Source of the DNA: Octopus bimaculoides
Taxonomy: Eukaryota
Assembly (NCBI RefSeq): GCF_001194135.2
Contig: NC_068985.1
Span: 106,539,102 to 106,603,101 of the forward strand
Length of the DNA stretch: 64,000 nt
Direction: 5' to 3'
Of the stretch, positions 13,407 through 26,912 are shown piece after piece. Position 1 is the stretch's first letter, and the number at the start of each line of letters is the position of its first letter. Made by a program: the position numbers and the translations under genes. The notes below the pieces were generated by a model. That model was not told the DNA's origin. It saw only the letters and a program-made list of their open reading frames with translations, and searched no databases.

Positions 13407-15856
13407 TGTTTTTTGGTTAATTATAGTTAGTGTAGCATGCTTTACTACAGAAAATATGACTACTGTTTGACTTACCATTTGAACGTTTATTGTGAAGAAA
13501 TGTGTAGATATAACATAGTATGATGTGGACATGTGTGTGTGGGCCATTTGTTGATGGATTTTTTTAGTGTGAACTAGTATGAAGCATCTGGGCTGTATGA
13601 TGATGGATGATAAATGAATTAAACAAGGCTGGACATTAACACATATACCAAACCTGGATTGTAAGTTTTAAATAAACAAAATTCCATTTTTTTTTCTTGA
13701 GCATTCCAACCTAACAGAACTCTGTGCTTTTAACTATGGATTTAAACTACTTTGGAAGCTAGACGTTTCAGCAAAAAACAAAACAAAACTATTGAAAACA
13801 AATGGAAAATAAAAACAAACAAAAAATGAACAAGACAAAAATTGAGGAACAATTCAAATAACAACAACAACAATAGCAGCAACAACAAATATATTGCAGT
13901 AATATGATAGAGAAATTTCTATTTAAAAGGTGTTTCTAATTTAACATTTTAAAATATGAGGTTGCTGGAATTGAAAGAGATAGGAAGAGTGCTGGACTAA
14001 GTCTCTATTTTTACCATTCTTCTAAGTTATTAGTTGGAATTCTGTTGAAGTTTTATTGTAGTTTTCATCATCAAAATCTTATTAAATTAAATAACAGTAA
14101 TGAAATGTTTTTAATGTAATTAACTGTTATAGTTTAAAATATAAAAGACAATTTAATTGTTAAGATTATCAATTTCACTTTGAACAAGGTTACTGTTAGA
14201 CATCCAAGTTATGCAAGAATTAGTTACGAATACATTCCATCAAATTATCTTGTAACACCCAGCAACCTCAATGAAATGTTGGAATATGTCATAATTTATA
14301 AATACACCTAACATAATGAAAGGAAATACCCTGAAAAACTATATGCAAATATGTGTTTACGAATTTATTTCAGTGTGTATGTGTGTTCAGTGAATCTGTG
14401 TATATGTAGATGAATGTCTGACAGTAATAATAGCATTGATGTACTAAATACTTCCATACAATTGATCTACAATACAGATATGTGGCAGTGCTATTAGCCT
14501 ATATAACCCAGAGTGCTACACATCTCAACTCTTAGTTCAACAACCAGCTCACCATACCATTACTGTAAGTAATGTCACTTTGGACATCATTCACTGCCAC
14601 CATTATGTGAATCGTTTGTGAATAATAAGCATTTATATGTTCGATCTTAGTTTCCATAGTACTAAATGGATAAAAACTAAATGTTTCTCAATCATTTTCC
14701 CATGGGAAGAATTAAACTTAGCTATCTAAGCATTTCTCAGTTCCACAGTTATGCTGTAATGTACTGTAAAGTACACCACAGTATGGTACCTACTTACACT
14801 TACATAGACTGAACTGTTGAAAGTCATATCTTGGTTATGGACACAGTACATTGAACTGAAAATACACTGTGGTGTCTACTTACAATGACGTGGTCTGGGC
14901 TGTTAACAGTTAAATGTGCTGGTTATGAACCCAGTAGAGTGTAGGTGGTACAATAAGTTTTCACCTTTTTAGCTTTCATCCTACTAACCCAACTGTCCAC
15001 AACTTCTTTCCATTTTTTCACTCTGATATACATTAGTTGTTTATGAGAAAGTAAATGAGCTTAGTGGGGTTAATGCTTAATGCTCTAGGACCTCAATCTA
15101 AAAGCTTTACATTCAGTAACAAAATTTAACTGTGAAAAGTCTTATAACTATATACTTGACATAAATGTCAACTCAGTCTCATATATAGCATTTCAAAGTC
15201 TTATATACTATTCCAATGTCATATTTATAAGATAACCTATTTCTGTGTCACAACCCCTTCTTAGTGCCATATATTTTACCTCAGAGTTGTATAGCCTACC
15301 TTGATGGCATATTACTGCTTTCACAATGAGATATCCTATTTTTGTCACTTATCTTACATGATCCTTATGTATTCCACATCAAAGTTATATCCCACCCCAA
15401 TGTCACATATTCTTTTTCAAAATGACATTTATACCACTTTAATGTCAAATATCTTGTTTCCATGTTACTTACTCTGCAGGTGAAATCTTATCACAACCTG
15501 CCTCAATGTTGTATGTCTTCATTGTGAAAACCTTTCTTCGAAAAGAAGCCATGCTTTAGAACTATCACATCACTGCAATGTATACTTGTTGTTATAAGAT
15601 AAGCAATCAGGATGACGAATGGGGGAGGGCAAATACACAGGGAACACCTCAGCCAGTACAAATAAATACAAAACAGAAGAGGTGATAGAGTTAAGGAAGA
15701 GGAAGTAGGAGGCGAAAGACAACAAGGACAAGAAGATGAAGCAGTAGCTGCCTAAGATATCTAGCTGTAGCAATGAGCCACCTATGATCAGTCATCAGCA
15801 TCAGCATCATCATCATCACCAGCATCATCATTATGATCATCAGGTTCAGCACTTAC

Positions 15857-15967
15857 CAGGGTTGTCAGCAGGAAATTTGCCTTGTTCTACGATGGTGGGA
15901 GTCCGAGGGATACAATATTCCAATATTCCATCATTCTTAGATATTGTGTCTCTATGACAGTATTTAG
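15857..15967 (-). CDS. CaMKII: Candidate cassette exon inside the CaMKII hub: (A)KYCHRDTISKNDGILEYCIPRTPTIVEQGKFPADNP
   Basis: 111 nt, phase 1 to 1, open in the frame set by the flanking hub exons. Acceptor ttttactcttctctttactgaAG, donor CTG|GTAAGT. Non-repetitive sequence. No transcript evidence available. Confidence 0.55.
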
Positions 15968-16815
15968 CTTCAGTAAAGAGAAGAGTAAAACAGGGCATTA
16001 AAACCACCACTTCATGGGCTAGTGAGCTGGCAAGCTGGCTGGACAGTTAGTTTGTTAAAGCCGCTTCTGCTGGCACAGCTAAACATTCTAGAGTAAGTCT
16101 TCAGTTGTCCTTCAGCAAACACAGTGTAATAGTCACAGCTAGTTCATGCTATCCACATGTGGAATATGGTTCTCTTATGGATAATATGGTATTCTTACAA
16201 AAAATATGGGATAACTTATGAAAAGTAAGGATGTATTATGGTCAAAATGGTTAACTAAAGAAGTTGCTTGTGTCATAAAGAATAGAGCAATTTGTAATGA
16301 ATAGCAAATAATACATAATGAAAATATCAGTGCAAATTAGTTTAAATTCAGATATGTATATAAATATATATTACATCTGAACAATAGAAGCTGTGGCAAT
16401 ATAAATAATTTTTCATAAAATAAATGACATTAAATTTTCTCTTACATTTTTCAAGCATAGAAAAACTCTTCTTCGTAATGCAGCAGGATAAAAAATAAGT
16501 GTGAAATACATGGGATCAAAAGTTATTTCAGCTCATTCATAATATTTAGTATCATAATGAAGAAAGAGTACATTATGGCTTGAAATACTTAAAGAAAGCA
16601 CAGAATGTCATCTATTTTATGATATGAAAAAAAAGTTACATTGCCATGCATTCTTTAATTCAAATTCTCAATACTATCAATACTACATACATTTTCTCAA
16701 TATATATATATATATATATCAAATCTTATCTTTCTATCTACATGTGTACATGCATGTGTGTGTGTATGTGTGTGTGTATGTGTGTGTGCATGTGTGTGTG
16801 TATGTATGTGTGTGT

Positions 16816-16863
<48 letters not shown>

Positions 16864-16974
16864 ATATATATATATATGATGATGTATATATACATATATA
16901 TATATATTTATCGTCAAAGTATCATCTATCCGAAAAAGAAGCACACTCTAAAGCATAGAGCAGTAATGTATTTC

Positions 16975-17360
16975 CATGCAGTTAAGTCTATGCCTGGTCA
17001 TAGAGTGACCAATGGTTTCAAAGCCATAAAGGGCCTAGCCCCATGGATGGCTCATCAGACTCTAAAGTTGAAGACACATATGACTCTTCAACTCTGGGAG
17101 GCAGGAATCTGTTACAGTCAGTTATTAAGTAACCAAAGAATAAGCAATCCAGTTTGGTGACGATGGGTTATCTCCTCACCAACCCAGATTGTTTATTCTT
17201 TGGTTACTTAACAACTAACTGGCTCTAACAGATTCCTGCCTTGCAGAATTGAGTTATATATGTGCTTGGCTTTAGAGTCTGATAAGCTGTCCATGGAGCT
17301 AGGCTCTTTATGGATGCGAAACCATTGGTCAATATGACTGGACATAGACTTATCTGCATG
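16975..17360. repeat. Fold-back inverted repeat (arms about 190 nt), each arm carrying a hammerhead-like motif
   Basis: Arms are reverse complements, e.g. gaccaatggtttc / gaaaccattggtc and ttaagtaaccaaagaataa / ttattctttggttacttaa. Short central loop near 17160-17172. Confidence 0.85.
17002..17063 (-). ncRNA. Minimal type I hammerhead ribozyme-like motif, sense to the CaMKII pre-mRNA
   Basis: AGAGT-CTGATGA-[stem II]-GAAA-CCA-T-TGG-TC-ACTCT: stem I, catalytic core, palindromic stem III and GUC triplet are all present. The base of stem II is imperfect. Confidence 0.6.
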
Positions 17361-18219
17361 TATGTATGTATGTATGTATGTATGTATGTATGTATGTATA
17401 TATATATATATATNNNNNNNNNNNNNNNNNNNNNNNNNNNNNNNNNNNNNNNNNNNNNNNNNNNNNNNNNNNNNNNNNNNNNNNNNNNNNNNNNNNNNNN
17501 NNNNNNNNNNNNNNNNNNNNNNNNNNNNNNNNNNNNNNNNNNNNNNNNNATAGGTGCAGGCAAAGCTGTATAGTTAAGAAGTTTGCTTCCCAGCCACATA
17601 TTTTTGGTCTCACTGCATGGTACCTTGGGTAAATAAATGTCTTGCGAGACAATGGTAAAAGAAAGAGATCAGTCGCACACGCATGTATGCCTGTATGTGT
17701 ATGTGTGTGTATGAGTGTATGCATGTGTTTGTTTACATTTGCACTGAGAAGATGAGATGAATAAAAAATGTTTAACTTGAAAAACAAGTAGGAGTTAATG
17801 ATAGGAAGGGCATCAGACTGTAAAACAATGCCTCGATAATATATTTGTCAAACCCATGCTACCATGAAATAATACAAGTAAAACAAATTACACACACACA
17901 CACATGCTACAGAACCTCACAACACTAGATACCAATATTCAAGTATAATCTAAGGCCTAATTAGATAACCTATGAATAAAACCAAACAACACCAATGTAA
18001 GTGATTTCCAGAAACTATGAACCCACAAACACTTTCCACTTTACAAGAATGAAAGACAACTCAAAATAACAAGACTAAGATACAAGAAATCCACAACCAA
18101 GCATAACAAATGTGTATTCTCATCATTAGCTGCCAAACAGATATCACTATGGTTTTGACACCTGGGCAGTACAATCTGATCCAGCAGTGTCACATATAAC
18201 TGGCACTATGTCAACTGCA

Positions 18220-18512
18220 ACAGTGAGTGTTTCAGTTGATCTGATCCACAGATGAGCTTACTTGTGAAATTAATGTACAAGTGGCTGAGCACTCCACAGA
18301 CATGCAAACCTTTAATGCAGTTCTCAAGGAAGTTCAGTGTGACCCCAAATGTGACAAGGCTAGCTTTTTGAAATACAGGTATGACTCGGTTTTGCCAGCT
18401 GAGTGGAGTGGATCAATGTGAAATAAAGTGTCTTGCTCAAGGACACAATGCATCACTAGGAATCAAAGTCACAACCTTACAATTGTGAGCGAATACCCTA
18501 ACCACTAAGCCA
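18220..18512 (-). mobile_element. tRNA-derived SINE; related copy near 11555-11830
   Basis: Minus strand begins ggcttagtggttagggtattcg (A-box-like) and carries the gtgtccttgagcaagacac CORE-like box. Confidence 0.65.
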
Positions 18513-18656
18513 TATATATATAGCAATAATTGGGTACCCTCCCAGCAGTATACTGGATAGATACTATCCCTTAGTGGGTTGAACCCCCAACCCCTAACTC
18601 TCTCACGTTATATATATATATAGATAGATAGATAAACAGACAGCCAAACATCATGT

Positions 18657-18779
18657 CAAGCAATATATTACTGGTTATGATTGATAACTCATCAGAATAT
18701 TGTAGTGGCAATACATGACATGAATACCAACAGTAATATTCTGATCAGTTATATGTCATAACCAGTAAAATATTGCTTG
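18657..18779. repeat. Fold-back inverted repeat (arms about 45 nt)
   Basis: caagcaatatattactggttatga...catcagaatatt pairs with aatattctgat...tcataaccagtaaaatattgcttg. Confidence 0.8.
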
Positions 18780-19332
18780 GTGATATAAAGATATACTGCT
18801 CTATTATATTGTGTGTGCTTTTCATTCTGACTTATAGACAATTAAGGAAAATATATACACACATATATTCTATGCACACACACACTTTCAAGGGTCAGAC
18901 AAAATTCATTGAGGCAGATTTTCTATAGCTGAATGCCCTTTCAGTTGCCAAGTCTTAGCTGTTTCTCAGTAATGTAATATTTCCCAAGTTGATTTGAATA
19001 CAGTACATATCCAGCCATTGTAATGTATGCATTTGAGGGTCCTAAGGAAAACGTTACCTTGTTTCAAATGATACTACTTGTATGACAATGAGAGTTTTAT
19101 AATTTACATGTGCTGTTGAGAGAAGAAGAGATACACACTCATATACAGACAAATACCTATGCAAACATGCAGCAAAATTTTGTCAGATTCCATTTACTGA
19201 ATTCACTCACAAGGCTTTGGTTAACCTGTGGATACAGTATAAAAAAACGTCTTCAAGGTGCTGTGCAGTGAGATTGAACCTGAAACCATGTGGTGGCATA
19301 GAAAAGTTCTTAGCCATACAGTCATACCTGTG

Positions 19333-19382
<50 letters not shown>

Positions 19383-19512
19383 CATACAGACACACACAAA
19401 GACATATTCTGCATATAAGTATACAAATATAAATATGCATATACATACATTACATACATATATGTATGTGTATGTATATATGCATACACACACACATATA
19501 AGCATATGTATA

Positions 19513-19581
<69 letters not shown>

Positions 19582-22500
19582 ATACACATACATACACATA
19601 TAACATGAACACATATATTTACATACATTCACATATATAACATACAAATGTATATATATTCTGTACGCATGTAGTTATACATTTATTCGGTATATACATA
19701 TATGTATGTCAGTGTATATACACATAATGCTGTTTTTCTATTCAGTCTCCTTATCAATAATTTGTATGTCTATCACAGTTTACTTTTCATTTCTCTCTCT
19801 AGCACTTTCTAGTTTCTATCACTTTATTTCCCCTATCACGTTCCTACCCTTCACACTCTTAGTCACCACACTCTCATCTTGTCAGTTACATTTGCCTTGA
19901 ATAGAGACAAAGAGAACTGATTAGTTTGCAGTGGCAACCTCTCTAGTGGTGGTGCTATGATAAAATGCACCAAATGCAATCTGTAAATAGGTTGGAGTGA
20001 GACAGAGACAACATAAGCTAAAGAGAGAAGTTTTTGATCTTGTTGACAGCATGATAACCACTCTTCTTGGTACTGTAATAAAATGCACTGATATGTGTAA
20101 ATACACATTCATGTGTGTCTATTATAACAAGCACATCACATTATGCTTCTGGACAAGTAACATCACATCTCTGTTCCTCTTAGCCTATGAATGATCCCAC
20201 TTTTATTTCATATCTGTCATTCGCAATAGGAATTGCATCCAAATGTAAAAGTAGTTGCTTCAGCCATAAAAAAAACCATCCAATTTATATTAGCATTAAA
20301 AAAATATTGTAAACAACGAAGAAAACAATTAGGAACTGCACTGCATTATAAATACTGGCTGTGTATTCTGCAACTAATACTAACCCCCAATCCAGTAAGT
20401 CTAACAAAGATACTTTGACTCTATATATAGAGTGCTTTCTCTACATAAATCTCTCAATCCTGTTAAAATCTGGAGATTTTGATGAAATGCAGTTAATCCA
20501 ATATAAAGATTATTAAAAAAAAATATAACTATTGCATGAATTTGGATAAAATCTGGTGATAAGATGTTATGATTGTTGATGCATATAATGAATATGGTTT
20601 TTACCTGTTGTCATGTTACTTTCACCTATCTAGGTAGGTTGAATACAGATAAGATGATTACACGTAGGTGTTTGTGTATATTTTTTTATAAGATACTGAT
20701 TCTTGGGTAATGGTTAATTGTCTTGGGTATTGTTTTATTGTCTTCAGTAGTTTCTGTAACTTGGAAACTGCACAACTCCCATGAGAAAAAGCATTCTGAA
20801 GTATGCCTTCATAGCCTCCATTTAAATGTTTTGTAAGACCAGCCTCACCAACAAATACTGTTATTTCAATAATTAGACACACCTCATAAACTTACCCACA
20901 TGCAGAGACTATACATTTAAAATATATCAGTAGATTAATCATTGACATAATGATCAAATATGTAATCACACTACTGCTTAGAATCAATAAATCCTAATAT
21001 AAATTCCCTGCTGGTGCATACAGATGACACTGAAATATTATATTAATTCTTTTCTCCAAGTCCAATCTCTCTTCCACTAACTAAATTATAAATAAATAAT
21101 TTCATAAATGATAATAATTAAATTGTTAATGCTGAACTCTAACTCATTACCCACCATAATGCTTGAAAATTGAAGGAAGGAAAGAATCCAAAGAAACTCA
21201 CTTGACAAATCACTTGACAAAGAAGTTCTTTCTATAATGAGGCTAAACTTTGTTTCTCACACAGAAGAAGGCTTAATTCCTGTTTTTCAGCCCCAAAGAA
21301 CACTATTCAAATAGTGTTTACATGGTGTTCAAGACTTAGCCACAACAGTGGTCAAGATTTAAGTCCAGAACTATGATATGGCTTACAACATTAAAAAAAA
21401 ATCATTATTTAATGCCAAGACATTTATATAAATATTAGACGCATTTATCACAAAATTAAACCAGGCTTCTGCTTGTAAGTTGTCCAGGTGTCTTTCATAA
21501 AGCAACTCTGATTTGCATGCAATCTTCATGGAAGCTGAAGCAGCAAAGAGAGATAACAAAAAAAAAAGAAAAAAAAAGAAAAGAAAAAAGAAAAAAGACA
21601 CACACACACACAAAAAAGAATGGGTGAGAGTTTAAGGGGCACAGAGAATGTAAACTGATAAGCTCAATGGACATATAACCATGAAGAAACTAAGGAAACT
21701 CAGATCATGCATCTCAAGAATGTTTCCCTTCATGTATTTGCTGATTCTTAAACTAATACTAATACGACAAGTATTACTATTTCCATTCTAAGCAGTAGTT
21801 TTGGACCAACTGATATGTGTAGAGAATTAGTATTAATTAATCACATAGTTATGATATAAGAAACTCAGTGAATAATTAATACAGTAATTTCAAATTGATT
21901 TACAGGAAAAACAGAATGTCAAGAAAATAATGTGGATGGGATAGGAAAGATAAATGATTCAGAAGATGAAATATTAAATTGCATGTAATGAGAGAGAGAG
22001 AGAGAGAGGAAAAAGAGGGAGAGAACAAGAGAGAGATGGGAAAAGATGTGGAGGAAGAAAACTTAACTGAAGATATGTGGGAAAAAGCAAAATATATACA
22101 CATAACAGAATAATTGTGGAATGAGGAACCATAGGCTGTTAACTGAATAAAGGTGATGAGGTTCTTGTCAATTGATTGATGATGTTAATTGGAGAATGTT
22201 GGTGCTGGAGGCAGAGACTGAAACTTCAGACTTTGAATAGTAAGTGTAGATTCTGTTCCATAGTTTGTTTGATAAACACTATAGTTGGTCAAAGTAGCTA
22301 GCTTCAGTTTTATTACATGCATGCACACATGCTATCATTTTCACTAATACTCAACAGGTCATTACAGTTTGTTGTTTATGGAGTTCTTTTAAATTAGTGT
22401 GTGGTCAGTTTGCAATAATGAATATGATAAAGTAGGTGGTCAGTATATGAAATATTCTCTTAGAGAGACTATGTGTATTAAATATTTCAGTTAACCTCAT

Positions 22501-23087
22501 TCTACATTTGTATATTTTAATCAAATACTACTTTAAATGCATACACTGTTTTAATTTAAGTTTGGTCAGCTTCTGCACAAAATCAGCAAATATTTTTTTT
22601 ACTGATTTCTACAGTGGAACAAAAAATTCTGACTTAACTTAGAAAGATCGGGGTGTTTGTCACTGAAGGTTGCTAAATCAAACCAAAACCCCAATGTGTA
22701 ATGGTATGCTAATGACATTCTTAGCATGTTCTATGTTTTTGACACACAGAGTCTCTGAAGAGAAGTTTCTCTGAAACAATATTATGGTTAGCGCTGTTCT
22801 GTATATATATATATACTAAAAATGTTATGCACATCATCAATTTAATCTAATGCTGTTTCAGTTGTACACACACACAGGTACATACATATGAATATGCATA
22901 TATAGACATATAAATATACATACATGTGTGCATGTATGTGTATACATATATGCATAGACAGATAGACACACATGCACACGTACTCATATATATACACACG
23001 TATATGCACACACACATATTTATATGTATTTATACAGATACCTATATTATATTATATTATATTATAAATATATATATATATATTATA

Positions 23088-23134
<47 letters not shown>

Positions 23135-24115
23135 ACCTTTATACATATACCATAACTAATATATATGCATGTGAATGTCTGTTTGTGTGTATATATATAC
23201 ATATACACACATACATACGCATAAGTGTGTGTGTGTGTGTGTGTGTGTTTGTTTACATGCACACACATGTATATCATCACGTTCAGCTATCCCAGGAATT
23301 AAATGAAACTCACTCCTAACCCATTTAAAACCAGTCATAACCTCCATACATTTTCTTTCACACACAGCACCAGAACAAATCTCATGCTTGTGTTTGGTAT
23401 TCAAAAACCAAGAATACAACACACAAGCCGTGGTTTACACCAAGGATGTGACAATTTTCATAACCTAGTCCAATAGTTTGGTATCTCTGTAATTTCATCA
23501 ACCTACTGTATATCCTTTATCTTTAGGATATTTGGCAATGATTTAACTATACCACTTATTGTGTACGACACTTTACTGTCCTACCTAACAGACTAGAGGA
23601 TGACAAGCATACACCCTACTCCACCATATATTTTAAGTATTTTAATGGTAAATGCACATGTCCATATATTCATATCTATACACACAAAAACACCCACAAT
23701 CATTGTTTTAATAGCCACCTTTCCATGCTTGCATGGGTTGGCTGGAGTTTAGTGCAGCATATTTTCTACAGCTGGATGCCCTTCATATCACCAACCCTTA
23801 CCTCTGTCCAAGCATAGTAATATTTTCTTATGGATGGCCATGTTTTCACAAAATATTGGAAATGAATGATGCTGTGTGTATGATAGTGATACTTATTTAT
23901 AATTATCACATGACACCAATTCAAGACAACACAAATGTACACACATATGCATATATGACAGGATTCTTTCTGTTTCCATCTACCAAACTCACACACAAGG
24001 CTTTGGTTAGCCTCAGGATGTAGTGGAAGACACTTTCCCAAGGTGCTACACAACAAGATTAAACCTGACACAAATATACATGCACATTTATACACACACA
24101 CTTTATATACAAACA

Positions 24116-24154
<39 letters not shown>

Positions 24155-24201
24155 CATACAAATATATAGTCATATATATATATACACATACATATATATA
24201 G

Positions 24202-24240
<39 letters not shown>

Positions 24241-24789
24241 TATATATATATACACACACACAAACATATATACATACACACATATATACATACACACATA
24301 TATACACACACACATATATACATACACACATATATACATACATATGTGGACTACTTGTACTTTACACCTTCAACTCTCAATCTATGGCTAGATTCAAAAA
24401 GAACCTCCAGAATTTTGTTAAGAATCTGGGTTTTTCATAATCAGTGAAGCACATTTCAAAACAGTCAACTATCTGAGATGCAAATTTAAACTTTAAAAAT
24501 ATCACACATAAAGATGTTCATGAAACTTATTAAAATACTTATGCATTTATATGAACACATTCTCAAACTCCCTTTAGAGAATCATCAAGAATTTAGAGAA
24601 CTATTCATTCATATTTCCTACACTTTCTTCTAAAGAAAAAAAAAACAAACAAACAAAAAACAACCCAAAAAATGTTTAGCCCTTATAATGAAATACTTGT
24701 GAAAATTGGATTCCATGAAAAAGTCCATTACTTTTAGACTATAAAGTCAAATCATACCAAAAAATGGAATTTGCAATTATCTACCTTTG

Positions 24790-25268
24790 TATGACCGAGA
24801 CCTTTGGAAATGTGCTGTGCGTGAGAAGACCCGGCAAGCCAAGTAAGATNNNNNNNNNNNNNNNNNNNNNNNNNNNNNNNNNNNNNNNNNNNNNNNNNNN
24901 NNNNNNNNNNNNNNNNNNNNNNNNNNNNNNNNNNNNNNNNNNNNNNNNNNNNNNNNNNNNNNNNNNNNNNNNNNNNNNNNNNNNNNNNNNNNNNNNNNNN
25001 NNNNNNNNNNNNNNNNNNNNNNNNNNNNGGCACATAAAAGACACCATTTCGAGCGTGGCTGTTTTCGTGCGGGTGACACGTAAAAGCACCCACTACACTC
25101 TCTGAGTGGTTGGTGTTAGGAAGGGCATCCAGCTGTAGAAACTCTGCCAAATCAGACTGGAGCCTGGTGTTGCCATCCGGTTTCACCAGTCCTCAGTCAA
25201 ATCGTCCAACCCATGCCAGCATGGAAAGCGGACGTTAAACGATGATGATGATGATGATGATGATGATG
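24790..25268 (+). mobile_element. RTE LINE 3' end (end of ORF, gap, 3' UTR, (GAT)n tail)
   Basis: gaccgagacctttggaaatgtgctgtgcgtgagaagacccgg resembles the RTE ORF end and matches, on the opposite strand, the 47950-48000 copy. Same 3' UTR as the other copies. Confidence 0.85.
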
Positions 25269-26817
25269 TAGCAAGCTTTTCTTTAAATTCTTACACAAAT
25301 ACAATCCATCTTCATGCAAACATCACAAACTACTAAGCCAGAAAAATGTGAAACTTTCACATTTCACTATCATCAACTTTGTACATTATACTAGCTGGGT
25401 CTAATAAATTACAGCTTTTAATCACAAATACTACCCCACAAACATGTATTGCAACTTCAGAGATCAACTCAATATGTCCTACATAGGTTTAATAAAACGT
25501 ACTATAAACATACATACTTATTCTGCAATACTAACAGAAAAACTGTTCTATCAAATTACAACACTAAAAGATAGTAATGTACTCTTTAACACAAAATGGA
25601 AAATTCATTACTTTGCAAAGCCTACCCCAGTAAAGAAAAAAACATTACAATGACATAAAAACTCAGAACCCGTAGATATTTCAAACCTGTGAAATTTCCC
25701 AATGAATAATCCATCGATACTTCCCTATTGGGTAAGAATTAACTAACTTTCTCAATCCTTAACAACTCAAGCTAAGTATACTTATATTAATTCCAATCCC
25801 ATTTTCTCACTCTCCATACTTGTACAGGATATCAAATCTATTAACACACATAAATGAGCAAGTATAAGTTTATATGACAAAATACGTATACATAAGAATT
25901 CTGAGTGCATGTACACACACACATATACATTTACACAGATATGTACATGCATATTCACAGGCATGTCTTAGTAAGGGTATGTTCATGTGCAGACATATAT
26001 GAAGGCAGGTATTTATAGGAATATATCTACCTATGTGCATGTACATTCACACACACACACATACATATTTGCAAGTATTAATGTATATGTGTATCTTTAT
26101 ATGTAAGTATACTTGTGTATGCATGTGCAAATACAGCTATCTGTAAATTTATATACATATATATCTATCTAGGTGTATTTTGTTTATCGGGATATATATG
26201 TGGTTCTTTTATCATCAGCTTTTCATGAATATCACCCTTTAATTAGTACTCTTTCTCTCACCTGTTCCTCCAAACATATGTGTGTATGTGTGTGTGTGTG
26301 TGTTCACAAGAGAATGATGAGTAACTAAGAAAGAAAATAAGACATCAACATATATAGAGACTTCATTCAAAGAAATCACGGACAAAATTCCCTTTAGACA
26401 CCTAAAAGACAGTTTGTTGCGTGAAATATGTTACAGTATTGGTGCAACTGAGGCAAAAATAATTGCATATGAGCTTGTACTTTATATAGAGATAGGAGAT
26501 CTGAAAGGTAATATACTAAATGGATACTTTAGGAATCATAATAACAGTGGTATTAGTTATGTTGATGCAGCCAAATGTAAATGATGAAACTCAGACATGA
26601 CTTTCTGTGTGATCTGGTTTGCTTTCCTGTTACCATATAAGGTAATATATATATGTACAAGGCTAAGTATGGATAGTCTGAACAAACAGCACTGCTTGAG
26701 AATAGTAAGAATTGGTAGTCTGATTGTTACAGGGTTAAACCTTTGTGTGCATATGTGTGTCTTTGGATGGGGTAGGTAAGATAGGAAAAAAACAAAACAA
26801 AACAGATACCAACTTAC

Positions 26818-26912
26818 CATGATCAAAATAGAATTTATGAAAATCCATTCCAACTATCAGATTTCCCAAAGCTTCTGGTTCAAAGCTTGTGACATGAGGG
26901 TCAACAAATCTT
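26818..26912 (-). CDS. CaMKII: CaMKII hub exon: (T)[31 protein letters not shown]
   Basis: 95 nt, phase 2 to 1. Acceptor ttttgtctttcAG, donor G|[26 protein letters not shown] motif. Confidence 0.97.
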
